A stretch of 64,000 bases of DNA from Desulfomonilia bacterium (GCA_963664325.2 CAXXDQ010000003.1:224001-288000); one strand, 5' to 3'. Shown: positions 37,131-48,539, numbered from the stretch's first letter. Numbers and translations are program-made. Notes: a model not told the origin generated them from the sequence alone.

Positions 37131-39770
37131 GGAGTTTTCTGGCCCTCTCTATTTTTTCAAGCTTGAAGCTTAACTCTTCCTTCAGCCTTTTCTGCTCCTC
37201 AACGACCTCCGGGTCGGCCTTCTCCATGAAATTTCTGTTTGAAAGTTTCTTGTTTTTTGCATCCAGGTCTGAGCTTACGTTTTTGAGCTGCTTGTTCAGC
37301 CGGTCCATCTCCTTGCTGATGTCTATGACGCCTTCAAGCGGTATGTATATTTCCATGTCGGCCGTTACTGCAAAGGCGCTCTCTTTTCGGGGCATCCTCT
37401 TCTACAAAGGAAAGCCCCTTGACCCTCGCAAGCCTTTTGACAAGATTTATATGGCCTTCAAGTATTGTCCTTACATCGGGCGATTTCGGTTTGAGTATTG
37501 CATCGAGCTCAATGGACGGTGATATGTTAGATTCGCCCCTTATGCTCCTTATCCCTGAAATCAGCTCGATAATAACATCCATGAAACGGGCCTCATCCAT
37601 GAAACTGAAACGTTCGTCAACAGAAGGGAAATTCGTAATGGTTATAGACTCTGGTTTTTTCCCGGGGTATGAGCTGCCAGACCTCTTCCGTTACAAAAGG
37701 TATGATCGGGTGCAGCATTTCCAGGATCGTCCTGAATACATGAACCAAAACCCATTTAGTCGTATCCGCTGTCTCGCTTTCAAGCATGGGTTTTGAAAGT
37801 TCGATGTACCAGTCGCAGAATGTGTGCCATGTAAAGTGATAAAGGATTTCCGCCACATCGTTGAACCTGTATTCATCGAGCGCCGAACGAGTGTCTGAGC
37901 AATCGTCTTGTTGAGTTCCGTCAGCACCCATTTATCCGAAGTCGAGAGCTTGAGACCCATTGCTTCAACCGACTCTGGATTGAAGTCATCGCCGATATTA
38001 TTCAGTACAAAGCGGCCTGCATTCCATATCTTGTTTATGAAAAAGCGGTAGCCCTGTATGCGCTTCTCGCTCATGCGGACATCCCGGCCCATTGCAGCAA
38101 AAGCGGCCAGGGTAAACCTGAGTGCATCCGCGCCGAAACGGTCCATCTCGGACAATGGGATCGACGAAATTCCCCTTGGTCTTGCTCATCTTCTGCCCGT
38201 GCTCGTCGCGGATCAGGCGCGTGCAGGTAAACCGTATGGAAACGGCACATCTCCCCGGTGAACTCCATGCCCATCCATGATCATGCGCGCCACCCAGAAG
38301 AACAGGATGTCAAACCCGGTCACGAGGACACTGCCCGGATAGAATATCTTGAGTTCGGGTGTCTCATCCGGCCAGCCCATTGTTGAAAAAGGCCAGAGAG
38401 CGTGCGGATGAAAACCACGTATCAAGCACGTCGGTTTCCTGCCGCAGGTTGGCGGAAGAACATTTTTGTGCATTTATCCGGGTCAGTCGTGCTTACGATG
38501 ACCTCACCGCAGTCGTCGCAGAACCAGGCGGGAATTCTGTGTCCCCACCATATCTGCCTTGAGATGCACCATTCACGGATGTTGTTCATCCATTCGTAAT
38601 ATGTCTTTTCCCATTGCTGGGGGATTATGCGCGTCGCGCCTGTTTTCACAGCCTCGGTTGCCTTTTCCGGCCAGGGGCTTTGTCCTGACGAACCACTGCT
38701 TCGAGAGGTACGGTTCGATAACGGTCCTTGCAGCGGTAGCATTTTCCCACGGGGACTTTGTATGGCGTCTTGCCAACTAAATAGCCTTGCTCTTCCAGGT
38801 CTTTTTCAAGCTGTTTTCCTGCATTCGAAACGGTCCATCCCCTTGTATGGTCCTGTATTTGATGACATAAAGCCTGATTCGTCGATTATCACGATAATCT
38901 CAAGGTTATGCCTTATTCCCATTTCATAGTCGTTCAGGTCATGAGCAGGTGTTACCTTGACCGCGCCTGTGCCGAATTCCAGGTCAACAACAGGGTCAGG
39001 TATGATTTCTATCGGCCTGTTGATTATGGGCAGGATGGCATTTTTCCCCACAAATGATTTATAGCGGCTGTCCTCGGGGTTTACGGCAATGGCCGTGTCC
39101 CCAAGCATGGTCTCGGGCCTTGTCGTGGCGACCACCACTTCGCCGCCATTTTCCATGGGGTAGCGTATATGCCACAGAAAGCTGTCCTCTTCCTCGTGAT
39201 CGACTTCGAGGTCGGAAATCGCGCTGTGACATCTCGGACACCAGTTCACGATGTAATCGCTCCTGTAGATCAGGTCTTCATTATACAGGCTTACAAAAAC
39301 TTTTCTGACCGCCCTGGAAAGGCCTTCGTCCATGGTGAACCTTATTCTGTCCCAGTCCGCATGACGCCCCCAGGCGTTTGAGCTGGTTTATGATCAGGCT
39401 GCCGTGCTTTTCCCTCCATTTCCAGACCTCTTCGATAAAGGCCATCCCTTCCCAGTTCGTGGACGGGAAGTCCCTTTTTCGGCCAGGTGCCTTTCAACGA
39501 CAGTCTGAGTTGCGATTCCTGCATGGTCGGTCCCGGGCATCCAGAGGGTGTTGTAGCCGTCCATGCGTTTATAAACGGCAGAGTATGTCCTGAAGAGTAG
39601 TATTGAGGGCGTGTCCCATATGAAGGACGCCGGTTATATTGGGAGGCGGGATGACTATGCAGAAGGCCTGTTTTTTTATTATCAGAGGGTGCATGGAAAA
39701 ATTTTTTGGTAAGCCAGAATCCATACCATTTCTGTTCAATATCGGCCGGGGTGTATTCCTGGTCAAGCAT
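37120..39770 (-). CDS. valS: Valine-tRNA ligase, many frameshifts (probable sequence errors)
   Basis: Fragments in alternating frames: [89 protein letters not shown] and a C-terminal coiled coil. Confidence 0.92.
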
Positions 39771-39828
39771 ATTACATCTCCTGAATTAATCTTCAACCCA
39801 CCCCATATCATTTATTAACAAATATTAG

Positions 39829-40410
39829 TCAATCTATCTTTTTCAGTTTTTCAATCTCTTCCCGTATCACCTTTTCAATAATGCCCGGCAGATCCCTTTT
39901 AACGGATGAGGCTATCTCATTGACAAGTTCAGATACAACAGGTCTGACAATGGATTCCACCATATCAGGGATATCCTTTTTTAAATATTCTATGGCAGCC
40001 TCGATGCCGGCCTTTTCAAATTCCGGTTTTGCAGACTGTTCGGGTCTATGTTCGAATTCCTGTTCAACTTTATCCTCTAAAGGTTTTTCAGCCATAACCT
40101 CATCAGGCTTTTCTTCAAAGGGGAACTCATGTTCGTCATTCTTTGGGGATGGTTTGGGCTCCTGCTTTGCTGCTGCGGCTATACCGTCCAATGACTCCCT
40201 GAACACCTTGTCAAAGTCGAATTCCTCTTTAGATTTATTTTCAGGCTGGTCGTCATTCAAGAGTTCCCTGCCCAGATCAAAGGTCTCTGCCTCGATTTTG
40301 AGAGTTTTTTCTTCAGTCTTGGGTTTTTCCGGAGCCGGTTTTTTGGCAGGGTCCTCTTCATCCATTAAGTCCGTGAGATCAATAATCAGGTCGTCATTGT
40401 CATTTGACAT
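39829..40410 (-). CDS. Acidic disordered protein with a PopZ/RomR-like C-terminal helix
   Basis: DDLIIDLTD, E/P/K-rich linker, LPGIIEKVIREEIEKL; immediately upstream of valS. Confidence 0.65.
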   Translation of the reverse strand: MSNDNDDLIIDLTDLMDEEDPAKKPAPEKPKTEEKTLKIEAETFDLGRELLNDDQPENKSKEEFDFDKVFRESLDGIAAAAKQEPKPSPKNDEHEFPFEEKPDEVMAEKPLEDKVEQEFEHRPEQSAKPEFEKAGIEAAIEYLKKDIPDMVESIVRPVVSELVNEIASSVKRDLPGIIEKVIREEIEKLKKID

Positions 40411-40433
40411 GATGAACTCCTTCGATATGTTTT

Positions 40434-41759
40434 TCAGTTTTTCATAACCGGCTGTCCGGTGGATTCCATTACGCTCATCCAGAGCGGTCCCCCGACATCA
40501 ATTTTTTTCCTCTCACCGACGCTTAAAGCAATAGGTATATGCACATAACTGTTTCCCCAATTGCCTATGAGCATATCGGTCTTCCCCGACATGCCTGCAT
40601 GCACCGCCATCTGAGCCAGAAGGCCGCAGAATATTGAATCGGTAGCATCGGCTTCAATACTGCGAATCATATAACTGGGGTCTATATATTTAAGATTTAT
40701 AGGTATGTCTTTGCCGGAAAAGAATTTCTGAATGTTATCTTTCAGGAAGATACCTATATCCCCCATTTTTATATTTCCCGAGGCATCTTTATGTGCTTTG
40801 GCACTGTCAAAAAATTTGAGACCTGCACCCTCGGCCACCACTACGACCGCATGACCCCGCTCTTTAATCCTTTTCTCGAGACAGGAGAGGAACCCGTTAT
40901 CCCCTTCGAGATCAAAATCCATTTCGGGGACAAGGACAAAATTAGCATCGCCCTGGGCTAACGCTGCATATGCGGTTATGAAGCCCGAATCCCTGCCCAT
41001 GAACTTGACAAGGCCAATGCCGTTAGGCGCGCCTTTTGCCTCGGCATGCGCGCACATAATGGCCTTTTTCGCCTCTTTTACCGCGGTGTCGAAGCCGAAG
41101 GTTTTCGATACGAAGCTGATGTCATTATCGATTGTTTTGGGTATGCCTATAACCGAACATTTATAGTTCCTTGAGAGCACTTCTTTTGCTACGGCGGAGG
41201 CAGCCTTTAATGTCCCGTCGCCTCCGATGAAAAATAAAATATTGAGGTTAAGCCTTTCAATTGCATCGACTATTTCGGTTATATCCTGGCCTCCGCGTGA
41301 CGAACCGAGAACCGTTCCGCCCCTCTCGTGTATATGTTCTACCGTTTCCGGGGTCAGGTCGATTATCGGGTGGGCGTAGCTCGGTATGAAACCCTGAAGG
41401 CCGTAAGGTATTCCGCATATGTTATGGACGCCGTACATATAATAAAATTCCATTACAATGCTTCGTATGACATTGTTTATGCCCGGGCAAAGTCCGCCGC
41501 AGGTCACTATTCCCGCCTTTGTCTTTGACGGGTCGAAGAATATCTTCTTCCTGGGGCCCGCTATTTCCAGGGTTGAAGGATACCGTCCCTGTTGCCTGCA
41601 TCTTTCCAGGGAGGCCAGTGATGAGTCAATCAGTGTCCGTTCGCCGTCTTCAACAAACATCGTGCCCATAACGGGCGAATCAATCCTGGCATTTCCCAGG
41701 GAAGCGATTTTCGTATCTATATCACCTTCCATATATGTAAATGAATTACCTGAAGCCAT
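40434..41759 (-). CDS. pfkA: ATP-dependent 6-phosphofructokinase
   Basis: TCGGLCPG, GGTVLGSSRG, IGGDGT, PKTIDND, MGR, YIDPSYMIRS. Confidence 0.93.
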   Translation of the reverse strand: MASGNSFTYMEGDIDTKIASLGNARIDSPVMGTMFVEDGERTLIDSSLASLERCRQQGRYPSTLEIAGPRKKIFFDPSKTKAGIVTCGGLCPGINNVIRSIVMEFYYMYGVHNICGIPYGLQGFIPSYAHPIIDLTPETVEHIHERGGTVLGSSRGGQDITEIVDAIERLNLNILFFIGGDGTLKAASAVAKEVLSRNYKCSVIGIPKTIDNDISFVSKTFGFDTAVKEAKKAIMCAHAEAKGAPNGIGLVKFMGRDSGFITAYAALAQGDANFVLVPEMDFDLEGDNGFLSCLEKRIKERGHAVVVVAEGAGLKFFDSAKAHKDASGNIKMGDIGIFLKDNIQKFFSGKDIPINLKYIDPSYMIRSIEADATDSIFCGLLAQMAVHAGMSGKTDMLIGNWGNSYVHIPIALSVGERKKIDVGGPLWMSVMESTGQPVMKN

Positions 41760-41878
41760 ATGTCCTCCCATGCAATTCTTTTATCGGTTTTATTATGGTA
41801 TTTCTTTATTCACAGGCATAAAAAATATTAGTTTCAAACCGCCTTTGATGAGAAGCGTATATGTGATATAGCCGCCTT

Positions 41879-43229
41879 ATGCAAAAAGGCAAGTATGACT
41901 TGTTTATAATCGGCGCAGGACCCGGCGGATATACTGCTGCGATACTGGCCTCAAAAAAAGGGCTCAAAGTCGGATTAGCCGAGGCGGGTAAAACGGGCGG
42001 AACCTGCACAAATCTGGGATGCATCCCGACAAAGAGTTATATTGAAAGCGTTAAACTGTTTGCTGGAATAAGGAATGCATCAAGGTTCGGCCTTGAAGCG
42101 GAAATAAAACCTTTAAACCTTGAGAACATCTTCAACCGTAAAGAGAGGATTATTACAAGGCTGTCAAAAGGCATTGAGTTCCTCTTGAAGACAAATGGTG
42201 TAGAGCTCATAAAAGGTGCTGCCACCATTACCGGACGGAATGAAGCGATGATTGGTAATGAGATTTATAATTTCGACAATCTGATCATATCGACAGGTTC
42301 CGGGCCGAAGCCGTGCCCGTTCGATGTCCCCGGAATATGGACCAGCAACGAGGCGCTGTCGGTTAAAATAATACCGCAGTCCCTGCTGATTGTAGGCGGC
42401 GGTGTCATAGGCATGGAAATGGCCGGTATTTTTTCATCTATGGGTGTTAATGTTACTGTTGTCGAAGCGCTGGAGAGAATATTGCCAGGGGAGGAGCCGG
42501 ATGCCTCGCAGTTCCTGGTCAAGGTAATGAGAAATGTCCGCTTCATGACTTCCTCTATTGTCAAAGGGATCGAAAAAGGAGAATGGTACAAAACCAGTAT
42601 TTTATCAGGCGAAAAGATCGAGATGATAGAAACAGAAAAAGTCCTGTGGTGCACAGGACGGTCGCCGGTCGTACCTGTTGGCGTGGAGAATCTAGGGATA
42701 GAAAGGCATGCCTCGGGCGGTATAAAAGTGGACAAAGGGATGAAGACTTCCGTTCCATGTGTATACGCAATAGGAGACGCAACGGGAGAATGGATGCTTG
42801 CCTATATTGCATCAAGGGAAGCGGAAGTGGCCCTTGAAAATATCATGGGCGGGGATGCTCTGATGGATTATTCATGTGTGCCGTCGATAATATTTACAAG
42901 CCCTGAAATAGCATCGGTCGGTAATATGCACCATGATGCTACCGGATTGATAAAGGGGACATTCCCTGTGTCGGCGCTAGGAAGGGCCAGGACTGCTGAA
43001 GCCAATGACGGATTTGCAAATGTCTATACAGATGAGAAAGGCAGGCTGGTAAGAGTGACCATTGCCGCCCCCCCATGCAACCGACCTTATTGCATGGGCA
43101 AGTCTCGCGGTCGGAAGGTGCATGACTGTCCAGGAATTTCTTGAACCGGTGTATACGCATCCGACGTTCTCCGAACTTATTAAAGAGGCTGCTGAGGATA
43201 CTCTTGGACTGAGCGTTCACAAAGGATAG
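41879..43229 (+). CDS. lpdA: Dihydrolipoamide dehydrogenase, +1 frameshift in the C7 run at 43068-43074
   Basis: GAGPGGY, GGTCTNLGCIPTK, GGGVIG.E; removing one C restores APHATDLI...HPTFSE...VHKG-stop(43229). Confidence 0.88.
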
Positions 43230-43235
43230 CAAGCG

Positions 43236-43709
43236 GTGGAAGGGATGATAAAAGGTGTTGTGATATCTGTTAATACCAGCCTTTTAAAAGGCGAGAAAAA
43301 GTCCCCGGTTGGCAAGGCTCACATTGTACCCTGTCTCGGTATTGAGGGGGATGCCCATGCAGGCCCCGGAGACAGGCAGATAAGCCTTCTAGCATGGGAA
43401 AGCATCGAGAAGATGAGGGAAAAAGGGTATGATGCAAAAAACGGTGATTTTGCCGAAAACCTTACGATTAAAGGTATACTTCTCTGGGAACTGAAACCCG
43501 GGGATGAACTGAAAGTCGGCAGTAAAGTTGTTTTGCGGATAACCCGGATCGGAAAAATATGCCACCAGCGCTGCAGTATCTATTATCAGGTGGGTGATTG
43601 TGTAATGCCGAAGGAAGGAGTTTTTGCAGAAGTTGCAAACGGGGGTGTTGTCAAATCCGGTGATCCCGTAGAATTAATAAATAATGATGATAAACGTATT
43701 GCTGTTTAA
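43236..43709 (+). CDS. MOSC domain protein
   Basis: GIEGDAHAG..RQISLL, GDFAENL, IGKICH..C, CVMPKEGVFA.V. Confidence 0.9.
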   Translation: MEGMIKGVVISVNTSLLKGEKKSPVGKAHIVPCLGIEGDAHAGPGDRQISLLAWESIEKMREKGYDAKNGDFAENLTIKGILLWELKPGDELKVGSKVVLRITRIGKICHQRCSIYYQVGDCVMPKEGVFAEVANGGVVKSGDPVELINNDDKRIAV

Positions 43710-43741
43710 GTTTGTACAGTCATTCTGACGTAATGTTTTAA

Positions 43742-46249
43742 ATGAATAAAATTATCCTTACCGGCCTTATAGTTATCCTGTGTTGCAGTGATGCCTTCGC
43801 ACTGAAATCAATGGAAAAAGACGGTGTTTATTTGTACTATCCAGAGGAAGAAGAGGCCTTGGCTGCATCCCTGATGACAAAGCTTGACCCGATAATGGAT
43901 TTTCTTAAGTCATACAGCCTTAGCGTCCCAAAACCACTGCATGTGATAATCGATGAAAAAAAAGATTATCCCGGAGTGGACGTACATGTGATCCCCCATT
44001 ACGAGATCCGCATTCCGATCAAGGCCCCAGGCGTACTGGATGAAGGGTATATGGAAGAAGACCCCTGGGGTTATTTCCTGTTTAAGGGGATGTGCCTTCA
44101 GTCGATATATACAATCAGGTCGGGTTTGCCGGATGCGTTGCATTATGTGTTTGGCGAAGTAATGTCGCCGAACGGTATTATGGCCCCATGGTTCGACGAG
44201 GGTTTTTCAAGCCTCATGTACAAGCTGTATTGCGGCAGGCCGGTTCAGGATCCATATGACAAGGCGATATTCATGGCATCGCTGAAGCCTGATATCGCCA
44301 AACTGAGCAATCATCCCGGGATATGGCCCGGCCATTATGCCTACAGGATTTTCGGGAGGCCCTTTATCGAATGGGTATATGGCAAGTACGGGATGAACAG
44401 GCTGATGGATTTCATAAGGGTACATGGAAATGGTATTATTCCTCTTGAGATTGATCTGAAGGCGAGGGAGGTCTTTGGCAAAACCTGGCATGAGATGTGG
44501 GAAGATTTTATGGGAGAATCCGCCAGGGATTCCGATGATGCGGCAGGCATATTTATCCAGGGATACTGGCCTGAACCTTTTATCTACTGGAATAATTCGG
44601 GTGTGTACCCCGGTGTGGAAAGAAATTCCGTATGCGGCAGGTACGGATACAGAAATACAAGAGGAACAGTATGGCTTCAGGAATATGACTGGGAGGAAAA
44701 ATCACGCATCGTTGCATATATGGACGGGATTTCCAGGATTACCGAGGTCAAGCATGTATGGGATGCGGGACCGGGTGACGTTGCGGTTACCAGAAAAGGC
44801 CATGTCCCGTATCTCATTGATCTTAAATCGAAGGATATCCTCGGCATAGAGACGTTGATCAGAAGCTCCGAGTTCATACCTGGACCCCCGGGGGCTATAC
44901 AGATGTCAGGTCCGGTCAGGGATGCCAGGGGAAGGATTGCCGTTTCCGCCAATGTAAAAGGGAACTGGGATATATGGGTCTATGATAAAAGCTGGACCCG
45001 AATGACGGATTCGCCTTCGACAGAGATGGACCCATGGTGGGATGGCGAGACGCTTGTATATGCCTCCGATTCGTCAGGCAAATTCCAGATATATACGCCG
45101 GGAACGGTTCAGCTGACTGACACCCCGCATGGTGCCGTCATGCCCAGGGGGGGCAAGTATCTGAGCCTGATGCATAACGGTTGGAGGATGGAGAGTTACA
45201 AAATCAGCGAGGAGACCGGCAACAAAATACTTTCTCTTCAACCGACAAGCCCGGAAAGCATATCTCCGGATGCCGATAAAGGAAATAAATACAATCCTTT
45301 TAACAGCCTGTTTCCCAACTGGATGATACCGGATTTCTATGCCGATTTATCCGACGTGCAGATCGGCCTGGTTACGTACAGCAGGGATGTCTCGACAGAC
45401 TATACGTTAAACGGCGGGTTCAGGTATTCATTCTACGAGAACTATCTTAGCGCAAGGCTTGGCGGAAGCGCAAAAGGCCTCGATATAAACCTGTCAAGAT
45501 ACCCTCTTGATTATTCCTCTGATATTGCTGACGTCGACGAATCAAGGCTTGAGGGCAAGCTTGCATACCGTCCTTTCAACAACAGATGGTTTGAACTCTC
45601 ATGTAACTGGCTGGGCTGGGAAGAGCGTGAATTTGACGATGTCAATGGTGAAGACATCTGGGGGGCTGTCAGCATTAATAAGATTTTCGGAAGCCTTGGA
45701 ACATCCCTGACCTATGAACACTATTCCGGTGGCATGAACTCCGCCTATGCGAGCTTCAGGCTGAAAGAAGGGAAAGAGATATTCAGTGTGTTCAGCCTGA
45801 GTGCGGCAAGAACATGGGGTGATTATGAACCGGGACACGGTTCTTTCAGAATGGGAGGGGATGTAGGAGAAGGATATTTTACCAGAAGACCGTCAAGACT
45901 TTATCCTTTAAGGGGGTTTCCATCCAACACTTTTGAGGCCGGTCAAGCGTATACAGCAGGGGCCGAGGTCTATTGGCCGATCGCTAACATTCAGAAGGGC
46001 TACAAGACAATACCACTTTTCCTGCACAGGCTCAAACTGGGAACATTTGTGGACAGCGGCATATGTTCTGATGAGGTATCTACGGATGACATTGCTTTAG
46101 GGGCTGGTATTGAACTGGTCACATCCATGGAAGTTGCTTGGGGGGTAATGACGGAATTCAGGTTCGGGATAGCCTTGCCGGTTGTCAAACCTGATTATAT
46201 AGACAGTGCTGGGTATGTGATCTTATTACAGATAGGCCGGCCTCTTTAA
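43742..46249 (+). CDS. Omp85-family outer membrane protein with N-terminal gluzincin-like and beta-propeller-like regions
   Basis: Signal peptide; PWFDEG; WDIW...EMDPWW...YASD.SGKFQIY; PLRGF, FVDSG, GAGIEL barrel motifs. Confidence 0.6.
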   Translation: MNKIILTGLIVILCCSDAFALKSMEKDGVYLYYPEEEEALAASLMTKLDPIMDFLKSYSLSVPKPLHVIIDEKKDYPGVDVHVIPHYEIRIPIKAPGVLDEGYMEEDPWGYFLFKGMCLQSIYTIRSGLPDALHYVFGEVMSPNGIMAPWFDEGFSSLMYKLYCGRPVQDPYDKAIFMASLKPDIAKLSNHPGIWPGHYAYRIFGRPFIEWVYGKYGMNRLMDFIRVHGNGIIPLEIDLKAREVFGKTWHEMWEDFMGESARDSDDAAGIFIQGYWPEPFIYWNNSGVYPGVERNSVCGRYGYRNTRGTVWLQEYDWEEKSRIVAYMDGISRITEVKHVWDAGPGDVAVTRKGHVPYLIDLKSKDILGIETLIRSSEFIPGPPGAIQMSGPVRDARGRIAVSANVKGNWDIWVYDKSWTRMTDSPSTEMDPWWDGETLVYASDSSGKFQIYTPGTVQLTDTPHGAVMPRGGKYLSLMHNGWRMESYKISEETGNKILSLQPTSPESISPDADKGNKYNPFNSLFPNWMIPDFYADLSDVQIGLVTYSRDVSTDYTLNGGFRYSFYENYLSARLGGSAKGLDINLSRYPLDYSSDIADVDESRLEGKLAYRPFNNRWFELSCNWLGWEEREFDDVNGEDIWGAVSINKIFGSLGTSLTYEHYSGGMNSAYASFRLKEGKEIFSVFSLSAARTWGDYEPGHGSFRMGGDVGEGYFTRRPSRLYPLRGFPSNTFEAGQAYTAGAEVYWPIANIQKGYKTIPLFLHRLKLGTFVDSGICSDEVSTDDIALGAGIELVTSMEVAWGVMTEFRFGIALPVVKPDYIDSAGYVILLQIGRPL

Positions 46250-46457
46250 TTGGAATACGCAGACTATTTCCTAATTTGTTGAATGCGGCCATTTCAAGGC
46301 CTCCCAGGCTGATTTTAGCGAAATGAATGGTATATGGCGCTTAGTTATAAGAAAGAACAAATTTAAAGAATCTGTTTCTGTTGATTAATCCATTATTTTA
46401 TCTGCCGGCCGGAATTCACTGACACCGGTTTTGCACCTATCAGACCGTCTCAGGGTA

Positions 46458-46700
46458 TCAGACTTCAATCTCTTTAAGGATTTCTTTTAGCCCTTTTTTA
46501 ATCTGTTTTGTATCTTCCTTTTTTTGAAGAAACTGTCTTTCCAGATCATCATGCCTTTTTGTTAGCTTACCCAGTTCCTGCCTGATGGATGCCAGTTCAT
46601 CATTCAGTTTTTTAATTTCGCCGTTAAGATCGACTTCGCTTGATATATCATCAACGAGTGAGAACAGATCGGTTACCTTCTGTTTTGTCTTAGAGTCCAT
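46458..46700 (-). CDS. Small coiled-coil protein
   Basis: Heptad pattern; start overlaps the stop of the upstream gene. Confidence 0.7.
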   Translation of the reverse strand: MDSKTKQKVTDLFSLVDDISSEVDLNGEIKKLNDELASIRQELGKLTKRHDDLERQFLQKKEDTKQIKKGLKEILKEIEV

Positions 46701-47505
46701 AGGCCTCCCGCTTTGCCTTTAGCCTTATCTGTGCCAGGGACGCATGCACCTGTTCCAGAGTTGATTTAAGTTCAACAATCTCATCTTCAAGCGGCATGCG
46801 TTTATTGTTTTCTTCTTCCAGAAGGGATTCAAGCTTCTTGATCCTCTGATATGAGGCTTTGAGGTCTCTTTCAAGAATGGAGGCCTTGACGTCGAGCAGG
46901 GCCTTGTCTTTGACCTCGCTTTCAATCTTTGCTAACCTTTCCTCCAGATCCTGCTTAAGAGATATCTGTTCGTTTAAAGCCTTATCTTTTTCGCTGATAA
47001 TCGTAAGCAGCCCCTGTATGTAAAGGTTGGCATCCTGAAGCTGTTCATTAAGGAAATCGATCTCCCTGTTCAGATGACTGGCTGATGTTGCAGCGCTTTG
47101 AAGGGCGGACAACTGCTGGTTCAGTTCAAGATTTTCCTTGAGAGCGTCTTCAAGGGCATGGTCTTTAAGACCTAGCAAACGATTTGCCTCCTTCTTTTCT
47201 ATAATCATGCTGGTAAACTGGGAATCGATTTCTTTTAATGTCTTTTCCGTATGTTTTATTCCTGCAGGAATCATCTTGTCAGGGCGCTGTAGCTGTGTTT
47301 CAAGTTTAATTTCCACAGGTTCATTTTCATAGGTATAACTTTCTGTTTCCTGCTGCTCGAAGTTTTGAATTTCAATTGTTGCAGGTTCCATTTCTTCAGT
47401 TCTTGAGGTTAATTGAACAGGGTTAATGTTCCATGGTCTGTTTGGTCTGACTTTCTGGATTTTCGGCATTTTTTCCGCAACATTTTTATCAAAGCCGTCT
47501 TTCAT
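46690..47505 (-). CDS. Coiled-coil protein, PomX-like
   Basis: N-terminal MKDGFDKNVAEKMPK, disordered linker, long C-terminal coiled coil. Confidence 0.65.
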   Translation of the reverse strand: MKDGFDKNVAEKMPKIQKVRPNRPWNINPVQLTSRTEEMEPATIEIQNFEQQETESYTYENEPVEIKLETQLQRPDKMIPAGIKHTEKTLKEIDSQFTSMIIEKKEANRLLGLKDHALEDALKENLELNQQLSALQSAATSASHLNREIDFLNEQLQDANLYIQGLLTIISEKDKALNEQISLKQDLEERLAKIESEVKDKALLDVKASILERDLKASYQRIKKLESLLEEENNKRMPLEDEIVELKSTLEQVHASLAQIRLKAKREAYGL

Positions 47506-47579
47506 TACACGCTCCCTTTTATTAAGATTATATCGCTTAAGCTTAATATTTTACATTCAGTCATTATAATACCAGGTTC

Positions 47580-48539
47580 TTAAAAAACAATCGGCAGTTC
47601 AGGAAAAATTTCCTTAATCATGGAGTCGATATCGGATGCGCCCCTGCCCTTGGAAGTATATAAATGTATTGGAAGCCCCATACTGGCTGCCTCTGCCATT
47701 TTTGTATCCTGCCTGACAATGGTGCCGAGAAGGTAATCGCTGTAATGCTCTTTCAGGGCTTCTTTTGCCCGCTGGCAAATATTTAAGGCCGCATTATAGT
47801 GATTTATGATTATATGGATGCTGTCTAATATAAAATCAAAATCTTCTTCTATTCCGGAAAGTGTTTCAAAGAGAATCTTGAGGCCGTGATAGGAAAGAAA
47901 ATCTGCCAGGACGGGTACAAACAGGTCTGTGCTTGCAAGAATGCCGTTAAGGTTTAACAGGCCGATTGAAGGAGACGCATCCATTACGATAACGTCATAC
48001 TGATCCTGAACTGTGGCAAGACTCTTTTTAAGCCTCAATTCCCGTGCATTCATCGATGTCAGTGCAAGTTCAACAGGAGACAGGTCGAGGGTTGCCGGAA
48101 TAAGCTTGAGATTGGACATAGGGGTATCGATTATTACATCTTTTATATCCATGCGTTCGATCAGTACATTATAGAGAGTCGCCTCAAAATGATCTGAAGA
48201 TATGCCAAGACATTGCGTAAGATGACCTTGCGGGTCGAGGTCTATCAGAAGGACTTTCATACCGAGATGTGCAAGCCTGAATGCATAAAAGGCAGACAAT
48301 GTTGTTTTACCCGTGCCTCCCTTGAAGTTCAGAAAAATCTGCCGCTTTTTCATTTTCAACAATGGGCCTTTGCCAAGCCTGTCAAGATAAAGAGGTATGT
48401 CATGCGGCCAGTAATAACGTATACCGTCAATTAGTGTTGGCTCCGGGAACATGCCCTCGGATTCCATTTTTTTATGCTGCGACTTTGATATTCCTATTAG
48501 TCTGGCAAAATCCTTTGCTGTGTATTTGGGCTGATTCAT
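47580..48539 (-). CDS. ParA/MinD ATPase with an N-terminal HTH, PomZ-like
   Basis: Start MNQPKY (TAATG coupling); RQIFLNFKGGTGKT, DLDPQG, DLFVPVLADFLSYHGLKILFET. Confidence 0.88.
   Translation of the reverse strand: MNQPKYTAKDFARLIGISKSQHKKMESEGMFPEPTLIDGIRYYWPHDIPLYLDRLGKGPLLKMKKRQIFLNFKGGTGKTTLSAFYAFRLAHLGMKVLLIDLDPQGHLTQCLGISSDHFEATLYNVLIERMDIKDVIIDTPMSNLKLIPATLDLSPVELALTSMNARELRLKKSLATVQDQYDVIVMDASPSIGLLNLNGILASTDLFVPVLADFLSYHGLKILFETLSGIEEDFDFILDSIHIIINHYNAALNICQRAKEALKEHYSDYLLGTIVRQDTKMAEAASMGLPIHLYTSKGRGASDIDSMIKEIFPELPIVF

Noticed and set aside
43068-43074. lpdA C7 run as a phase-variation tract
   Set aside because: Short homopolymer in a housekeeping gene on an error-prone contig; probably a sequencing error.
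43236-43709. MOSC gene as part of the Mo/W island
   Set aside because: It lies 21 kb away in a housekeeping operon with no ModE box.
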